Shown here piece after piece: positions 48,304 to 58,854 of a stretch of 64,000 nt of DNA; the stretch's first letter is position 1; each line of letters opens with the position of its first letter. The notes below the pieces were generated by a model. It worked only from the letters and a program-made list of their open reading frames with translations, did no database searches and was not told the origin of the DNA. This stretch comes from a bacterium (GTDB lineage: Bacteria > UBA8248), in contig OZ253442.1 of the NCBI GenBank assembly GCA_965261085.1, positions 3,264,001 through 3,328,000 on the forward strand, written 5' to 3'. Both the position numbers and the translations under genes were made by a program.

Positions 48304-50454
48304 ATGGCGAAATTGGCCAGAGCGGCAAAAACGGGCGGGCGTGGGCGCAGCCAGGCGAAATCCCGCTTTGCCGTGGGCGTGGACGTGGGGGGTACGTTCA
48401 CCGATGCGGTGATCGTGGACACGGAGCGGGGCAGGATCTATCAGTCCAAAGCCCCGACCACTCCCCAAGACCTATCGCAGGGCGTTTTCGACGCGCTGAA
48501 CCTCAGCGAGGGTTTCTCGGCCGAAACCCTCCTCCCCCGGACGAACAAATTCGCCCACGGAACCACCCAGTCCACCAACGCCCTCTTCGCCCGGAACGGG
48601 GCCAAGGTGGGCCTCATCGCCACCCGTGGGTTCGGGGATCAGATTCTCATCATGCGCGGCGGGGGGCGCGTGGCGGGGATGAGCCTGCCCGAGCGGCGCC
48701 ACTTCGCTCCGACGTACAAACCCGATCCCATCGTCCCCAAGCCCCTCATCGTCGAGGTGTCCGAGCGGGTGGACTACAAAGGGGCCGTCATCACCCCCCT
48801 CGACCCCGAGGAGGCGCGCCGGGCGGTCGAAGCGCTTCTGGAAAAGGGGGTGGAGGCCATCTCGATTGCCCTCCTCTGGTCCTTCCGCAATCCGGCGCAC
48901 GAGCGCGCCTTGCGCGATATCGTTGCCGCGCTTTCTCCCGGCACCTACGTGAGCGTCTCCTCGGAACTGGCGCCCGTCATCGGGGAGTACGAGCGAACCG
49001 CCACCGCGGTCATCGACGCCTACGTGGGTCCCTCCACCGTGGATTACATCCGCCTCCTGGCGGAACGCCTCCGTGACGCCGGACTTCGAAGCGCCCTCCT
49101 CATCCTCCAGGCGGGAGGGGGCGTCAGCCGAGCTGAGCAGGTGGTGCCGGTTCAGACCATCGAGTCGGGCCCGGCGGCGGGAATTCTGGCGAGCCAGTTC
49201 CTCGCCGAAAAACTGGGCCACCGGAACGTGATCGCCACCGACGTGGGCGGGACCACCTTCAAGGTGGGTCTCATCGTGGAGGGCGAGTGGGCTTACGCCC
49301 GGGATACGGTGGTCGAGAAGTTCACCTACCGCGCTCCCATGGTGGACGTGACCTCCATCGGTGCGGGGGGCGGCTCCATCGCGTGGGTGGACGAGGGGAG
49401 GCTCCGAATCGGCCCCCAAAGCGCGGCGGCGGAGCCGGGGCCCGCCTGCTATGGCCGGGGGGGCGCGGAGCCCACCGTGACGGATGCGGACGTGGTGCTG
49501 GGCTACATCGATCCTGATTATTTCCTGGGTGGGCGGATGCCCCTCGAAGGCGCGCTGGCGGAAAAGTCCATCCGAGAGCGGATCGCGGAGCCGCTCTTCG
49601 GGGGCGACGTGGTGCGGGCGGCGCTGGGAATCCGCCAGGTGGTGAACGCGCAGATGGCGGACTTGCTGCGCAAGGTGACGGTCGAGCGGGGGCACGACCC
49701 CCGCGACTTCGTCCTCATGGTGTACGGTGGGGCGGGGCCTACGCATTGCACCCTTTTCGGCCCGGAGGCGGGCGTCGACCGGGCGGTCGTCCCTTTCACC
49801 GCGCCGGTGCACTCCGCCTTCGGCGCGGTGACCTCGGACATGCGCATCACCCTGGAGCGGTCGGACCCCCTGGCCGCGCCGCCCGAACTGGGCCGGGTAC
49901 GGAGTCTGTATCGGGCTCTTGAGAATGAAGCCCTGGAGCGGCTCAAGGCCGAGGGCAAGCGTCGGGGGGAGATCGATCTTAGCCGCTCGGCCTCGCTCCG
50001 CTACCGCCGGCAGATGCATGAAGTGAGCGTTCCCGTTCCCGCTGGAAGGCTCGACGGAAAGGCGCTCGCGGGGACGGTGGACGAGTTCGAGCGCCGCTAC
50101 GAGGCGCGCTACGGTCGGGGGGCGGCCTACCGGGAGGCGGGGGTGGAGTTCATCGGCTTCAAGGTCGAGGCCGTCGGAAGGGAGGCGAAGCCCCGGCTCG
50201 AGCGTCGGCGCCCGAAGGGGAAGAGCCCAAGCGGCGCGCTCAAGGGCCGGCGCCCGGTTTGCTTTGACGCCGTCAAGGGCCACCGGCGCACGCCGATCTA
50301 CGAGGGTGAGCGGCTGGAGTCCGGCAACCTCGTCCCGGGGCCCGCCATCATCGAGTACGCCTCCACCACGGTGGTGGTGGGGCCGCGCCAGCGGGCCGAG
50401 GTGGATCCATACCAAAACGTGACGCTCCACCTAGGGGGAGGACGGAGGCGATGA
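48304..50454 (+). CDS. Hydantoinase/oxoprolinase A subunit (ATP-binding)
   Basis: DVGGTFTD, HGTT, ESGPAAG, IGAGGGS, PGPACYGRGG, YGGAG. Confidence 0.93.
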   Translation: MAKLARAAKTGGRGRSQAKSRFAVGVDVGGTFTDAVIVDTERGRIYQSKAPTTPQDLSQGVFDALNLSEGFSAETLLPRTNKFAHGTTQSTNALFARNGAKVGLIATRGFGDQILIMRGGGRVAGMSLPERRHFAPTYKPDPIVPKPLIVEVSERVDYKGAVITPLDPEEARRAVEALLEKGVEAISIALLWSFRNPAHERALRDIVAALSPGTYVSVSSELAPVIGEYERTATAVIDAYVGPSTVDYIRLLAERLRDAGLRSALLILQAGGGVSRAEQVVPVQTIESGPAAGILASQFLAEKLGHRNVIATDVGGTTFKVGLIVEGEWAYARDTVVEKFTYRAPMVDVTSIGAGGGSIAWVDEGRLRIGPQSAAAEPGPACYGRGGAEPTVTDADVVLGYIDPDYFLGGRMPLEGALAEKSIRERIAEPLFGGDVVRAALGIRQVVNAQMADLLRKVTVERGHDPRDFVLMVYGGAGPTHCTLFGPEAGVDRAVVPFTAPVHSAFGAVTSDMRITLERSDPLAAPPELGRVRSLYRALENEALERLKAEGKRRGEIDLSRSASLRYRRQMHEVSVPVPAGRLDGKALAGTVDEFERRYEARYGRGAAYREAGVEFIGFKVEAVGREAKPRLERRRPKGKSPSGALKGRRPVCFDAVKGHRRTPIYEGERLESGNLVPGPAIIEYASTTVVVGPRQRAEVDPYQNVTLHLGGGRRR

Positions 50455-52658
50455 GCGGGAAGCGCCTGGACCCCGTAACCTTCGAGGTTATCCTGCACAA
50501 GCTGAACCAGATCGCCGAGGAGATGTGCATCAGCTACGTGAATTGTTCGGGTTCGGAGCCGCTTGTCCAGGCCAACGACGCCAACGCGGGGATCACGCTG
50601 CCGGACGGCTCCATGGTGGTGGTGGGCCCCTACGTCATCATCCAGGCCAACGTGCTTCCCCTCACCGTCTCCCATATCATGAAGCGGTGCCGGGAGAATC
50701 CGGGGATCGGCGAGAAGGACATGTTCATCTGCAGCGACCCCTGGGTGGGCCCCATCCACCAGCCCGACATCACCACGGTGGCCCCGCTCTTCTACGAGGG
50801 CGAGATCTTCTGCTGGACGGGCGCCTCGGGGCACCAATCGGACATAGGGGGGAAGGACCCGGGCGGGTTCTCCATCGGGGTGGTGGACGTCCACCAGGAG
50901 GGCCTCCGGATGCCCCCGGTCAAGCTGGTGGAAGAGGGAGAGCTCCGCCAGGACCTTTTCGACTGGATCGTGAACTCGGTGCGGGATCCTCTGGTGGGCC
51001 TCGACGTCAAGGGCCAGATCGCGGCCAACCACGTGGGCCAGGAGAGGCTGATCGAGCTCATCGGGCGCTTCGGGGCGAAGGCGGTCAAGGCTTCCATGGA
51101 GGAGTCCATCCGCTACACCGAGAGGCGTCTCCGCAGGCGCCTGCGCTCTTTGCCCGACGGCACCTGGCGCACCCGCCAGTACATCGACCACGACGGCCAC
51201 GCGCCCAACCTCTACAAGATGGAATGCACCATGACGAAGCGGGGCGACAGCCTCTCGTTCGACTACGAGGGAACCGACCCCCAGGTGCGCAGCCAAGTGA
51301 ACTGCACCTACACCGGCCTCATCGCCGGGACCCTCACCCCCGTCTATATCATGCTCGCCCACGACATCCCCTGGAACCGCGGCATCCTGAACCGGGTGGA
51401 CATCCGCGCCCCCGAAGGGGTGATCAACAACTGCACCTATCCGACGCCCTGCTCCATGGCCACGGTATCGGCCTGTTATCTGACGCTGGACCTCGCCGCG
51501 GCCGCCATCAACCAGATGTGCGCGGCCTCGCCGGACTACCACGAGGAGGCCATGGCGATCTGGACCGCCGCCTCGGTGGCCCCCATGGTGAGCGGCACCA
51601 GCCAGCACGGCCATCCGTTCAGCCTAGTCGAGATGAGCCACTTCGCCGCGGGGGGCGGCGCCCTGACCCACAAGGACGGACAGGACAGCGCCGGGATGTA
51701 CTTCACCACCACCCCCCTCATCTCCAACATCGAGACCACCGAGCAGTTCTACCCCATCCTCTACCTCTTCCGACGGAATCTCCCGGATACCGGGGGGGCG
51801 GGCATGTACCGGGGCGGGTGCGCGGGCGAGATCGCCTTCATCCCGCACGACATGCAGAAGGAGTTTCACGAAACCGTTCTCATCGGAACCGGTCACGAGA
51901 TGCCCAACTCAATCGGGCTGTGGGGTGGATTTCCCGGCGGTACCGGACGCCACATTCTCATACGCGGCTCGGACGTTCTGGACCGAATCGCGAAGAAAGC
52001 GCCCCTTCCCGCCACCCTGGAGGAAATGGGGGGCGAGCAGGTGGTCTTTCCGCCTAAGGCGCCCCGGACGCCCTTCTACCCGGGCGAGATCTGGTACTCG
52101 AACTGGCAGGGGGCGGGCGGATACGGTGACCCCCTGGACCGCGACCCCGAGGCGGTGCATGCCGACCTGTCGGCGGGGCTCGTCACCCGCGCCTGCGCCG
52201 AAGAGGTCTACGGCGTGGCCCTGGATCCAGACGGGCGGGTGGACCATCCGGCCACTTCCGCCCTTCGGGAGCGCCATCGGGAGGCGCGGCGCGCGCGCGC
52301 GGGAGGCGGCTCCGTCCGCCCGGGCGACCCCCCGGCCCTTGCGGGAAGAGGGCTTCGGGCGAACGAGTACGTTGTCTGGGACGATGCGAATGGTGAGCTC
52401 GCCTGCCGCAAATGCGGCTTCGGCTTCGGCCCCATGGACGCGGATCCCAAAGAGCGCGCCCTCTGCGAGGACGCTCCCCTCGCGGTCGGAGGGCCGGTCA
52501 TGGGGCAGCTCTATGACCGGGGGCGGTTCGTCTTTCGGCTCTATTATTGTCCCGGCTGCGTTTCGCTCCTGGAGTGCGAGGTTCTCCGGAAGGGGGACCC
52601 ACCCGTCTGGGGCAGGCTCTCGGCGACCCAGTCCTGGCCGGGGAGAAAGAAGGTCTGA
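50451..52658 (+). CDS. Hydantoinase B/oxoprolinase subunit with an acetone-carboxylase-gamma-like C-terminal domain
   Basis: DPW..IHQPD, HQSDIGG, QEGLRMPP, GGYGDPLDRD; terminal CRKC..YCPGC; start overlaps the A-subunit stop. Confidence 0.9.
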   Translation: MSGKRLDPVTFEVILHKLNQIAEEMCISYVNCSGSEPLVQANDANAGITLPDGSMVVVGPYVIIQANVLPLTVSHIMKRCRENPGIGEKDMFICSDPWVGPIHQPDITTVAPLFYEGEIFCWTGASGHQSDIGGKDPGGFSIGVVDVHQEGLRMPPVKLVEEGELRQDLFDWIVNSVRDPLVGLDVKGQIAANHVGQERLIELIGRFGAKAVKASMEESIRYTERRLRRRLRSLPDGTWRTRQYIDHDGHAPNLYKMECTMTKRGDSLSFDYEGTDPQVRSQVNCTYTGLIAGTLTPVYIMLAHDIPWNRGILNRVDIRAPEGVINNCTYPTPCSMATVSACYLTLDLAAAAINQMCAASPDYHEEAMAIWTAASVAPMVSGTSQHGHPFSLVEMSHFAAGGGALTHKDGQDSAGMYFTTTPLISNIETTEQFYPILYLFRRNLPDTGGAGMYRGGCAGEIAFIPHDMQKEFHETVLIGTGHEMPNSIGLWGGFPGGTGRHILIRGSDVLDRIAKKAPLPATLEEMGGEQVVFPPKAPRTPFYPGEIWYSNWQGAGGYGDPLDRDPEAVHADLSAGLVTRACAEEVYGVALDPDGRVDHPATSALRERHREARRARAGGGSVRPGDPPALAGRGLRANEYVVWDDANGELACRKCGFGFGPMDADPKERALCEDAPLAVGGPVMGQLYDRGRFVFRLYYCPGCVSLLECEVLRKGDPPVWGRLSATQSWPGRKKV

Positions 52659-52669
52659 GGTCGAATGGG

Positions 52670-52695
52670 AAAAAGAAGCGACACTTCTTTTTTTT
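52670..52695 (+). terminator. Possible terminator after the hydantoinase operon
   Basis: AAAAAGAAG-CGACA-CTTCTTTTTT; weak AT-rich stem. Confidence 0.4.
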
Positions 52696-52899
52696 CGGTC
52701 CATCGAGAGACCCTTGTTGACGTTGATGAAGAAACGGTTCTTGACACCGTTTCTTGCTACCGGTCGAATTCGCCTCGTTCAGCAGCCTTTCATTCTCTGT
52801 TCGGCTCGTATTCTCCGTTCTTTCTAGACTTCGTCCATACGGGTTAATCCATTTTATATCAATTAGTTGAGACGAATTAGCCACCTCCGGAAGGTAACC

Positions 52900-53080
52900 C
52901 GCGACAGGGCCTGCGAGAGCGGCTCAAAGCCGCGACAGGAGAACGTATCGTGGCCCTCGAAGTGCTCGGAGGGGATAAACCCAGGGACGCGGAGAGGGCG
53001 AAGGAAGCGCCGCAACCAGGGGAGCACCGGACGTCTGGCATAGAAAAGGCCCGGGCAGAGCGCGGGATGGAAATACAGGA
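52900..53080 (+). pseudogene. Possible relaxase C-terminal remnant at the left edge of island 2
   Basis: LRERLKAATGERIVALE..ERGMEI resembles TrwC-type tails as I recall them; IHF consensus TATCAATTAGTTG at 52857-52869 just upstream. Confidence 0.4.
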
Positions 53081-53576
53081 AAATCGTTTCAGAACTTTAT
53101 CCGACCAAATTGACGAATCGTCTTTCGCCCGCTTTGAGACATTAGGCCATTTCCATTAACGGTGAAATCCCGATATCCCGTTGATATTAGTAGGACAAGT
53201 TCATTGTTCCCGTTCTCGTTCGGAATACGTCTACCGCAGAATGTAATCAAAACGAAAGCGGTACAATTCAAACTCCTGCGCATCCCGGTGAGTTCCTGTT
53301 GGCCTTCCTCCGAAGCCCGGCCCGCATCATCTCTACGACCGGGTCGGCGAAGCGAGCGGCGCTTAGTCCTGGTTCCAAATAATACAGAACTGTTTCATCG
53401 TCGTGGCGGAGCGTGAGATGAAACTTCTGACTTCGCCCACCAACCGCCTAGCCAATCGTGCTCGTCGGGGGGGAATCATTGACGACCATGTCGCCGCCGT
53501 ATCGGATGTCAGTCGCATCGCGTCCGGACCGATGGCGAAGCGGGGTTCAGTCAGTTCTTCAGTCATCTGTGCAGTT

Positions 53577-55214
53577 TCAACGGTTCGGTTCCGGCGGCGC
53601 CGGGTGCTTTGTGAATTCGCTCCCGCGCCAGGGCTGCATGGCGATATCCCCTCTGCTCCATGCCCCTTCGGTCGCCTCGATCGCGGCGGCAACACCCTCC
53701 AGTGTCGGTGTTTCCGGCTCGACCGGCAGGATATCGGCGCCGACAGCGAGGAATATCCGCCCGAAGCTCTCCTCGACTTCGGCAAGGCTGAGATCACGCG
53801 CCAGCAGCGCGCGCAATGCTTCGATTTCGCCTCGTATCGTTTTCAGGCTGTCGACCGTCCCGAACCGCTTGCTCGAGCGCAAAACATCGAGAATGCGCCG
53901 TTCGATATCGACGATCCTGTCCGCCGTCTTATGACGCGCCCGAGCCTCCTCGAAGCTCGCCAGCGCCACATAGAGCTGCGTGAGCACCGCCATGCTCAGC
54001 GCCTCTCGCCGCGCCACCGCCAGATCGCGTCTCGCCCTCGCCGCATCGATGGCCGCGGGCGCAATGAACATTTTGGTCAGGTTGACTGAAACCGCCGCGC
54101 CCAGCGACAGCCAGTCGTTGTTCACCAGAAACGAGTTGCCGTCCTGGTAGGCGCCTCCCGTCAACTCGAGACCCGGAAGGAGGCGCAGCATGGCTTTCTT
54201 CACCTCGTCGGCCGCGATGCGTTCGCCGAGTTGTCCCTCGCGAAGCTCCGGACGGTGGGCGAGCGCCAGCGCCGCAAGATTGTCCGTATCGAATGCGAGC
54301 GTACGCGGCTCGGGAGCGGACGCCGGAATGGCGAGCGTGAAATCCGTCCCCGGCGGGAGACCGGCGAGCGCAGCGAGTTCGAGCTTCGCAAGCCGGCTCT
54401 GTCGCCGCTGCCTCTCGAGCTCCTCTACGGCCTCAAGCAACGTCCGCTGGTACCGCAGCGCCAGGATCGGCGACTGCATCTGACGGGTCGCAAGGCGCGC
54501 GCTGTCCTCGAGCGCCACGCGAACCCGCGCCAGTAACGGCTCGAGCCGGGCCAGAGCCCGCTCGCCCGCTACCGCCCGCCACCAGGCGCGACGCACTTCC
54601 GCGACCACCCCGTGCACGGCCTTGCGGCGGCGCTCAAACGCGATGAGCGCCCGGTCCGACTGCTGCTTCGCCCCGTACCAGGAGACCCCGAAGTCCAGCA
54701 CATGCCATACCGCGGCCAGATTGCCGGAAAGGCGGGTCCGATCATTCGAGGTCGATGAGCTCAACGATTCCCGGCCCGTAAGCACTGAGCGGCTAGAGGA
54801 GGCCTGGACGTTGCTGCGTCTCTCGATGCCGTAGCGGGCGTTCAGTCCCGGCAGCAGTCCGAGACGGGCCAGACCGAGTTCCCGCATCGCCAGGCTTTGC
54901 TCCATGGCCTCGACGCGCGCGTCGAGATTGTGGAGCAGCGCGCGGGCCATTGCGCCATGCAGGGTGAGCGGCCCGTCGAGCGGAGGTTGGTTGGCGTTCA
55001 GTTGCGCGAGGTCCGTTTTGACGCGAAGCGCCGTCTGCTCAGGGGTGAGCGGCTTAGGGTTCACGGTGCAGCCCGCGAGCGCCGCCAGCGATAAGATACC
55101 CACGCAGAGCACGCGCGGGAAAAGCCGCCCCGGACTCCGCCGGGACTTCCCTTGCACACCATATCGTGAGCGCCCACGCGTACTGATTCGTTCGTCGACC
55201 CGGAACCGTGACAT
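53577..55214 (-). CDS. TolC-family outer membrane protein (lipoprotein type)
   Basis: LAGC lipobox, AMARALLHNLD, WHVLDFG, two helical OEP halves; last gene of the T1SS operon. Confidence 0.85.
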   Translation of the reverse strand: MSRFRVDERISTRGRSRYGVQGKSRRSPGRLFPRVLCVGILSLAALAGCTVNPKPLTPEQTALRVKTDLAQLNANQPPLDGPLTLHGAMARALLHNLDARVEAMEQSLAMRELGLARLGLLPGLNARYGIERRSNVQASSSRSVLTGRESLSSSTSNDRTRLSGNLAAVWHVLDFGVSWYGAKQQSDRALIAFERRRKAVHGVVAEVRRAWWRAVAGERALARLEPLLARVRVALEDSARLATRQMQSPILALRYQRTLLEAVEELERQRRQSRLAKLELAALAGLPPGTDFTLAIPASAPEPRTLAFDTDNLAALALAHRPELREGQLGERIAADEVKKAMLRLLPGLELTGGAYQDGNSFLVNNDWLSLGAAVSVNLTKMFIAPAAIDAARARRDLAVARREALSMAVLTQLYVALASFEEARARHKTADRIVDIERRILDVLRSSKRFGTVDSLKTIRGEIEALRALLARDLSLAEVEESFGRIFLAVGADILPVEPETPTLEGVAAAIEATEGAWSRGDIAMQPWRGSEFTKHPAPPEPNR

Positions 55215-55220
55215 TCTCCT

Positions 55221-56735
55221 TTATTCCTCCTTCATCGCCCGCGAGAAGTAATCCGTGAGCGGTTTGACGAAATAGCTGAGCGGCGAGCGCTCGGCTATGC
55301 GAATGTGGACCTCGACGGGCATTCCAGGCGCCAGGGAGAGGCCAGTCGCGTGAGTGGCCGCAGGCTTCGCCTCCGGGATCGCAGCCGCCTTCGCGGGTTC
55401 CTCCGTTCTCGGGAACACGCGGCGCAGCCAGTTCGCCGGATGCCAGCTCTCGGGGATCTCGGGCAACCTGCGGGAGATGATTCCGGGCAGGGCCGCCGCC
55501 CAGGCGGGGAACTCCAAATCCTTTTCGGGTTCAATGGCCCCGCCTATGGAGACCTCGACGTCGTACCATGTGACGCCCCTTTGCGGGTCCTGCACCGCGT
55601 CGGCCGAGACACGGACGATGCGGCCCTCGTACTTGGGCGTAATCCGCGCCTGGAAGGCCGAGAAGCGCAAGGTCGCCTCCTGGCCCGGGCGCACCTGATC
55701 CACGTGGATGGGCTGTAGCTGCGCCCTCACCAGGAGTTTCGCGTCCTTGGGCACGATGCGCAGGATGGGTTCTCCGGGGCGCACCACCTCGCCCAGCGCG
55801 AAGACCTTCATACCGAAGACCTCGCCGGACAGCGGAGCCCGGACTTCCATCCGGCCCAGGCGCCCGCGCAGCGAGAGGAGTTTCTCGCGCACTTCATTCT
55901 CCTGCGCCTGCGCCTCGCGCGCGCCGGCCTCCGCCTCCTCGGCCCGTTTCGTGCCGATCTGGAGAATCTGTATCTCGATCTCCGCAGTCCGGCTGTGCGC
56001 CGCGGCGATCCTCGCCTCGATATCGCCCGTCTGGCCGTCGAGTCCGGCCGCTTCGCGCTCCAGCGCCAGGAGCCGGTGCAGTTCCGTCAGACCGTCCTTG
56101 AAGAGTTGCCGCTCGGCTTTCAACTCCCGGGTGACGAGACCTCTCTGGCGCCTGACCGCCCCGACCTGGGCCTTGAGGCTCGCGACCTGCTTGCGCGCCT
56201 GAACGATCCGCTTGCGAAGCTGCGCTTCCAGCCCCGCCCTGGAAGCCCGCCGGGCAATGTACAGCCGTTTCTGGCCCTCCAGAATCGTCCTGACCGCAGG
56301 TTCCGCCCTGGAGCGCCGGGCAAGCGCCGCGTCCCAGAGGATGGCGTCGGCGCCGCGGAATTCCGCCTCCAGACGGTTGCGCCGCGCCACCAGTTCGGCA
56401 TGCGTCGCCGCCAGGATCGACTCCTCCGAGCGCTGAAGCTTGTCGTCGAAGCGAAGCACTACGTCGCCCGCCTTCACCGTGTCGCCTTCGCGGACGAGTA
56501 TCTCCCGCACGGTGCCCCCGTCGATGTGCTCGACCACCTGGTCGCGGGCCTCGACCTCGACCCTGCCGGCCGCGATCACGGCGCCCGAGATCGAGGCGAA
56601 AGCGCCCCACCCGAACAGGCCGCCCCAAAGCAGGAACAGGGTCAGGAAACCCAGCACCACCGGGCGTCGCACGTTGAACATATTCTTCCGGGTGTCGCGG
56701 GCCGCTTTTTCCCGCCGTCCTCCCAGGATGCTCAT
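55221..56735 (-). CDS. HlyD/PrtE-type T1SS membrane fusion protein
   Basis: N-terminal TM, HIDGGTVREILVREGD, coiled coil, RAPLSG, PGMPVEV..RSPLSY..KPL. Confidence 0.93.
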   Translation of the reverse strand: MSILGGRREKAARDTRKNMFNVRRPVVLGFLTLFLLWGGLFGWGAFASISGAVIAAGRVEVEARDQVVEHIDGGTVREILVREGDTVKAGDVVLRFDDKLQRSEESILAATHAELVARRNRLEAEFRGADAILWDAALARRSRAEPAVRTILEGQKRLYIARRASRAGLEAQLRKRIVQARKQVASLKAQVGAVRRQRGLVTRELKAERQLFKDGLTELHRLLALEREAAGLDGQTGDIEARIAAAHSRTAEIEIQILQIGTKRAEEAEAGAREAQAQENEVREKLLSLRGRLGRMEVRAPLSGEVFGMKVFALGEVVRPGEPILRIVPKDAKLLVRAQLQPIHVDQVRPGQEATLRFSAFQARITPKYEGRIVRVSADAVQDPQRGVTWYDVEVSIGGAIEPEKDLEFPAWAAALPGIISRRLPEIPESWHPANWLRRVFPRTEEPAKAAAIPEAKPAATHATGLSLAPGMPVEVHIRIAERSPLSYFVKPLTDYFSRAMKEE

Positions 56736-58600
56736 GAGTTGTCCTCCTCCTCGGAGTCCCCGTTCACCGGAAACGGGGGAGTCGTGAGCCGGATCACGCG
56801 AGGCGGCTCCTTCTCCTCGCCCGGCGGGGTTTGCCGCCCATCAGCAGGCGGCGGGCCGGGCAGCGCGCGCACCACCACGGGCGCCTGCGCACCCCCGGCC
56901 TCAGAATGCGCCTCGCGCGCCGCAGGCGGCAGCGCCAATTGGGTCGGGTGGTTCTGTCCGCCCTCCATCAGGTGCACCACGTCGCATTCGGCAAAGGCGC
57001 CGGGACGGTGGGCCACTATGACCGCGGCGCCGCCGCGGGACTTGATATCGGCCACCGCGCGGTTCAGCGCCACGGCGCCCTCCGTGTCCAGGTGCGCGTC
57101 CGGCTCGTCGAGGATCACGACGACGGGATCGCCGTAAAACGCGCGGGCCAGCGCGATGCGCTGGCGCTGTCCGCCCGAGAGCGCAGCGCCCCCCGCCGCC
57201 ACCTGGTAATCGTAGCCTCCGGGCAAGTCGAGTATCATCTCATGCGCGCCTGCGCGCTCCGCAGCCAGGACGACCGCTTCCGCGTCCGGTTCGGGATCGA
57301 GGCGGGCGATGTTCTCCGCCACCGTTCCCTCGAACAGCACCACCTCCTGCGGCAGCCAGCCGACGTAGCGCGCCAGCGCTTCCTCGCCGTATTGATCCAG
57401 TTCCGCGCCGCCCAGCGTCACCTTGCCCGCCACCGTCGGCCATACCCCCGCGAGCGCTTTCGCCAGCGTCGACTTGCCCGATGCCGAGCGCCCCGCGATG
57501 CCGACGGCGTTGCCCGGCTCCAGACGGAACGAAACGCCCCGCACGGCGGGAACAATCGCCCCCGGCGCCGCGACGACGGCGTTTTCCACTTCGAGGACGG
57601 CCCGGGGCTTGGGTAGAGACGTCCGCACAGGAGGCTCCGGCGTCTCGGAAAGCAGCTTCGCCAGGGAGCGCCGCGCCTGGAGCGCGCGTTGCAGCACCGG
57701 CCATTGCCCGACCGCCTGGTCGATGGGCGCCAGCGCCCGGCCCAGAAGAATCGAAGCCGCGATCATGATGCCCGGCGTCACCACGCCGAGGATGGCGAGC
57801 CATGCGCCGAGGCCCAGCATCATGGACTGCAGGAACAGCCTGAGCGTCCTGGAGGTGACCGCATAGGCGCCGCTGCGGTCCGATGCGACGATGGTCTTGG
57901 AGAGCGTCGTGTGACGCAGCGCCTCCAGGCGCGCGAGCACGGCGCCCCGCATCCCCAGCCCACGCACCGTCTCCCCGCCCGCGCGCGTCTGCTCCACGAA
58001 GTGCCACGCCATGGCCGAAGCCTCGCCCACCTCGGCCTGGAGCCGCCCCGTCCGCGCCGAGTTCATCAGCGCCAGCGCGATGAGCAGCAAGCCCGAGCAT
58101 ACCGCCAGCAGGCCCAGCATCCAGTGGAAGGTGAACAGCGCGAACAGGAACACCGGCGTCCAGGGAGCGTCGAAGAAGGCGAACGGGCCGGGACCCGACG
58201 CGAAGCGCTGCATCGCCTCGAGATCATGGAGCCCCGTGGCCGGATTCGAGCGCGCGCCCGCCGAGCGGCCCGCCCGGCTGAGAATCGCCCCCAGAACACG
58301 CCCGTCGAGACGGTCCTGGAACCTCGCTCCCGCACGCGCGAGCACCCGGGCGCGGAAGTGGTCCAGAAGCCCCATCATCAGGAACAGGAACGCCACGATG
58401 CCTGCGAGCGCGACCAGCGTCGCTTCGGAGCGCGAACTCAGCACCCGGTCGTAGACCTGCAGCATGAAGATGGGGCCGGTCAGTATCAGGAGGTTTACGA
58501 AAAAACTGAACAAACCGATGATATAGAACAGCCGGCGACTCTCGGCCAGGGCCGCGCGAATCTCCCTCCGTCCTCCCCTGTCGCTTTTTCGATCATTCAT
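56732..58600 (-). CDS. PrtD/AprD-type T1SS ABC transporter
   Basis: MLQVYDRVL, DAPW, GRSASGKST, LSGGQRQR, ILDEP; no C39 domain. Confidence 0.95.
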   Translation of the reverse strand: MNDRKSDRGGRREIRAALAESRRLFYIIGLFSFFVNLLILTGPIFMLQVYDRVLSSRSEATLVALAGIVAFLFLMMGLLDHFRARVLARAGARFQDRLDGRVLGAILSRAGRSAGARSNPATGLHDLEAMQRFASGPGPFAFFDAPWTPVFLFALFTFHWMLGLLAVCSGLLLIALALMNSARTGRLQAEVGEASAMAWHFVEQTRAGGETVRGLGMRGAVLARLEALRHTTLSKTIVASDRSGAYAVTSRTLRLFLQSMMLGLGAWLAILGVVTPGIMIAASILLGRALAPIDQAVGQWPVLQRALQARRSLAKLLSETPEPPVRTSLPKPRAVLEVENAVVAAPGAIVPAVRGVSFRLEPGNAVGIAGRSASGKSTLAKALAGVWPTVAGKVTLGGAELDQYGEEALARYVGWLPQEVVLFEGTVAENIARLDPEPDAEAVVLAAERAGAHEMILDLPGGYDYQVAAGGAALSGGQRQRIALARAFYGDPVVVILDEPDAHLDTEGAVALNRAVADIKSRGGAAVIVAHRPGAFAECDVVHLMEGGQNHPTQLALPPAAREAHSEAGGAQAPVVVRALPGPPPADGRQTPPGEEKEPPRVIRLTTPPFPVNGDSEEEDNS

Positions 58601-58679
58601 AGCTTGTCCATAACCCGCATCAGGGGCGTTTCCCTGAAACGCCCGTATACAAAGTCACACCCGCCGCGTCCCGCGTCCG

Positions 58680-58835
58680 CCGGGCGGACGTCACAACGGC
58701 GATACGCAACTGGTGCGACTCACCTTCATGAAGAAGCTCCGGCGCATGCCCGGCGAAGACGCGGCCAACCCCGCCTGCATCGTCAACGAACGCGGGGTCG
58801 GCCACCGCATGGCACGGCGGGACGGACCCTCACGG
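58680..58835 (+). pseudogene. OmpR winged-helix 3' remnant
   Basis: KKLRRMPGEDAANPACIVNERGVGHRM. Confidence 0.75.
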
Positions 58836-58854
58836 CCCGTCGCCGCCGCGCACG

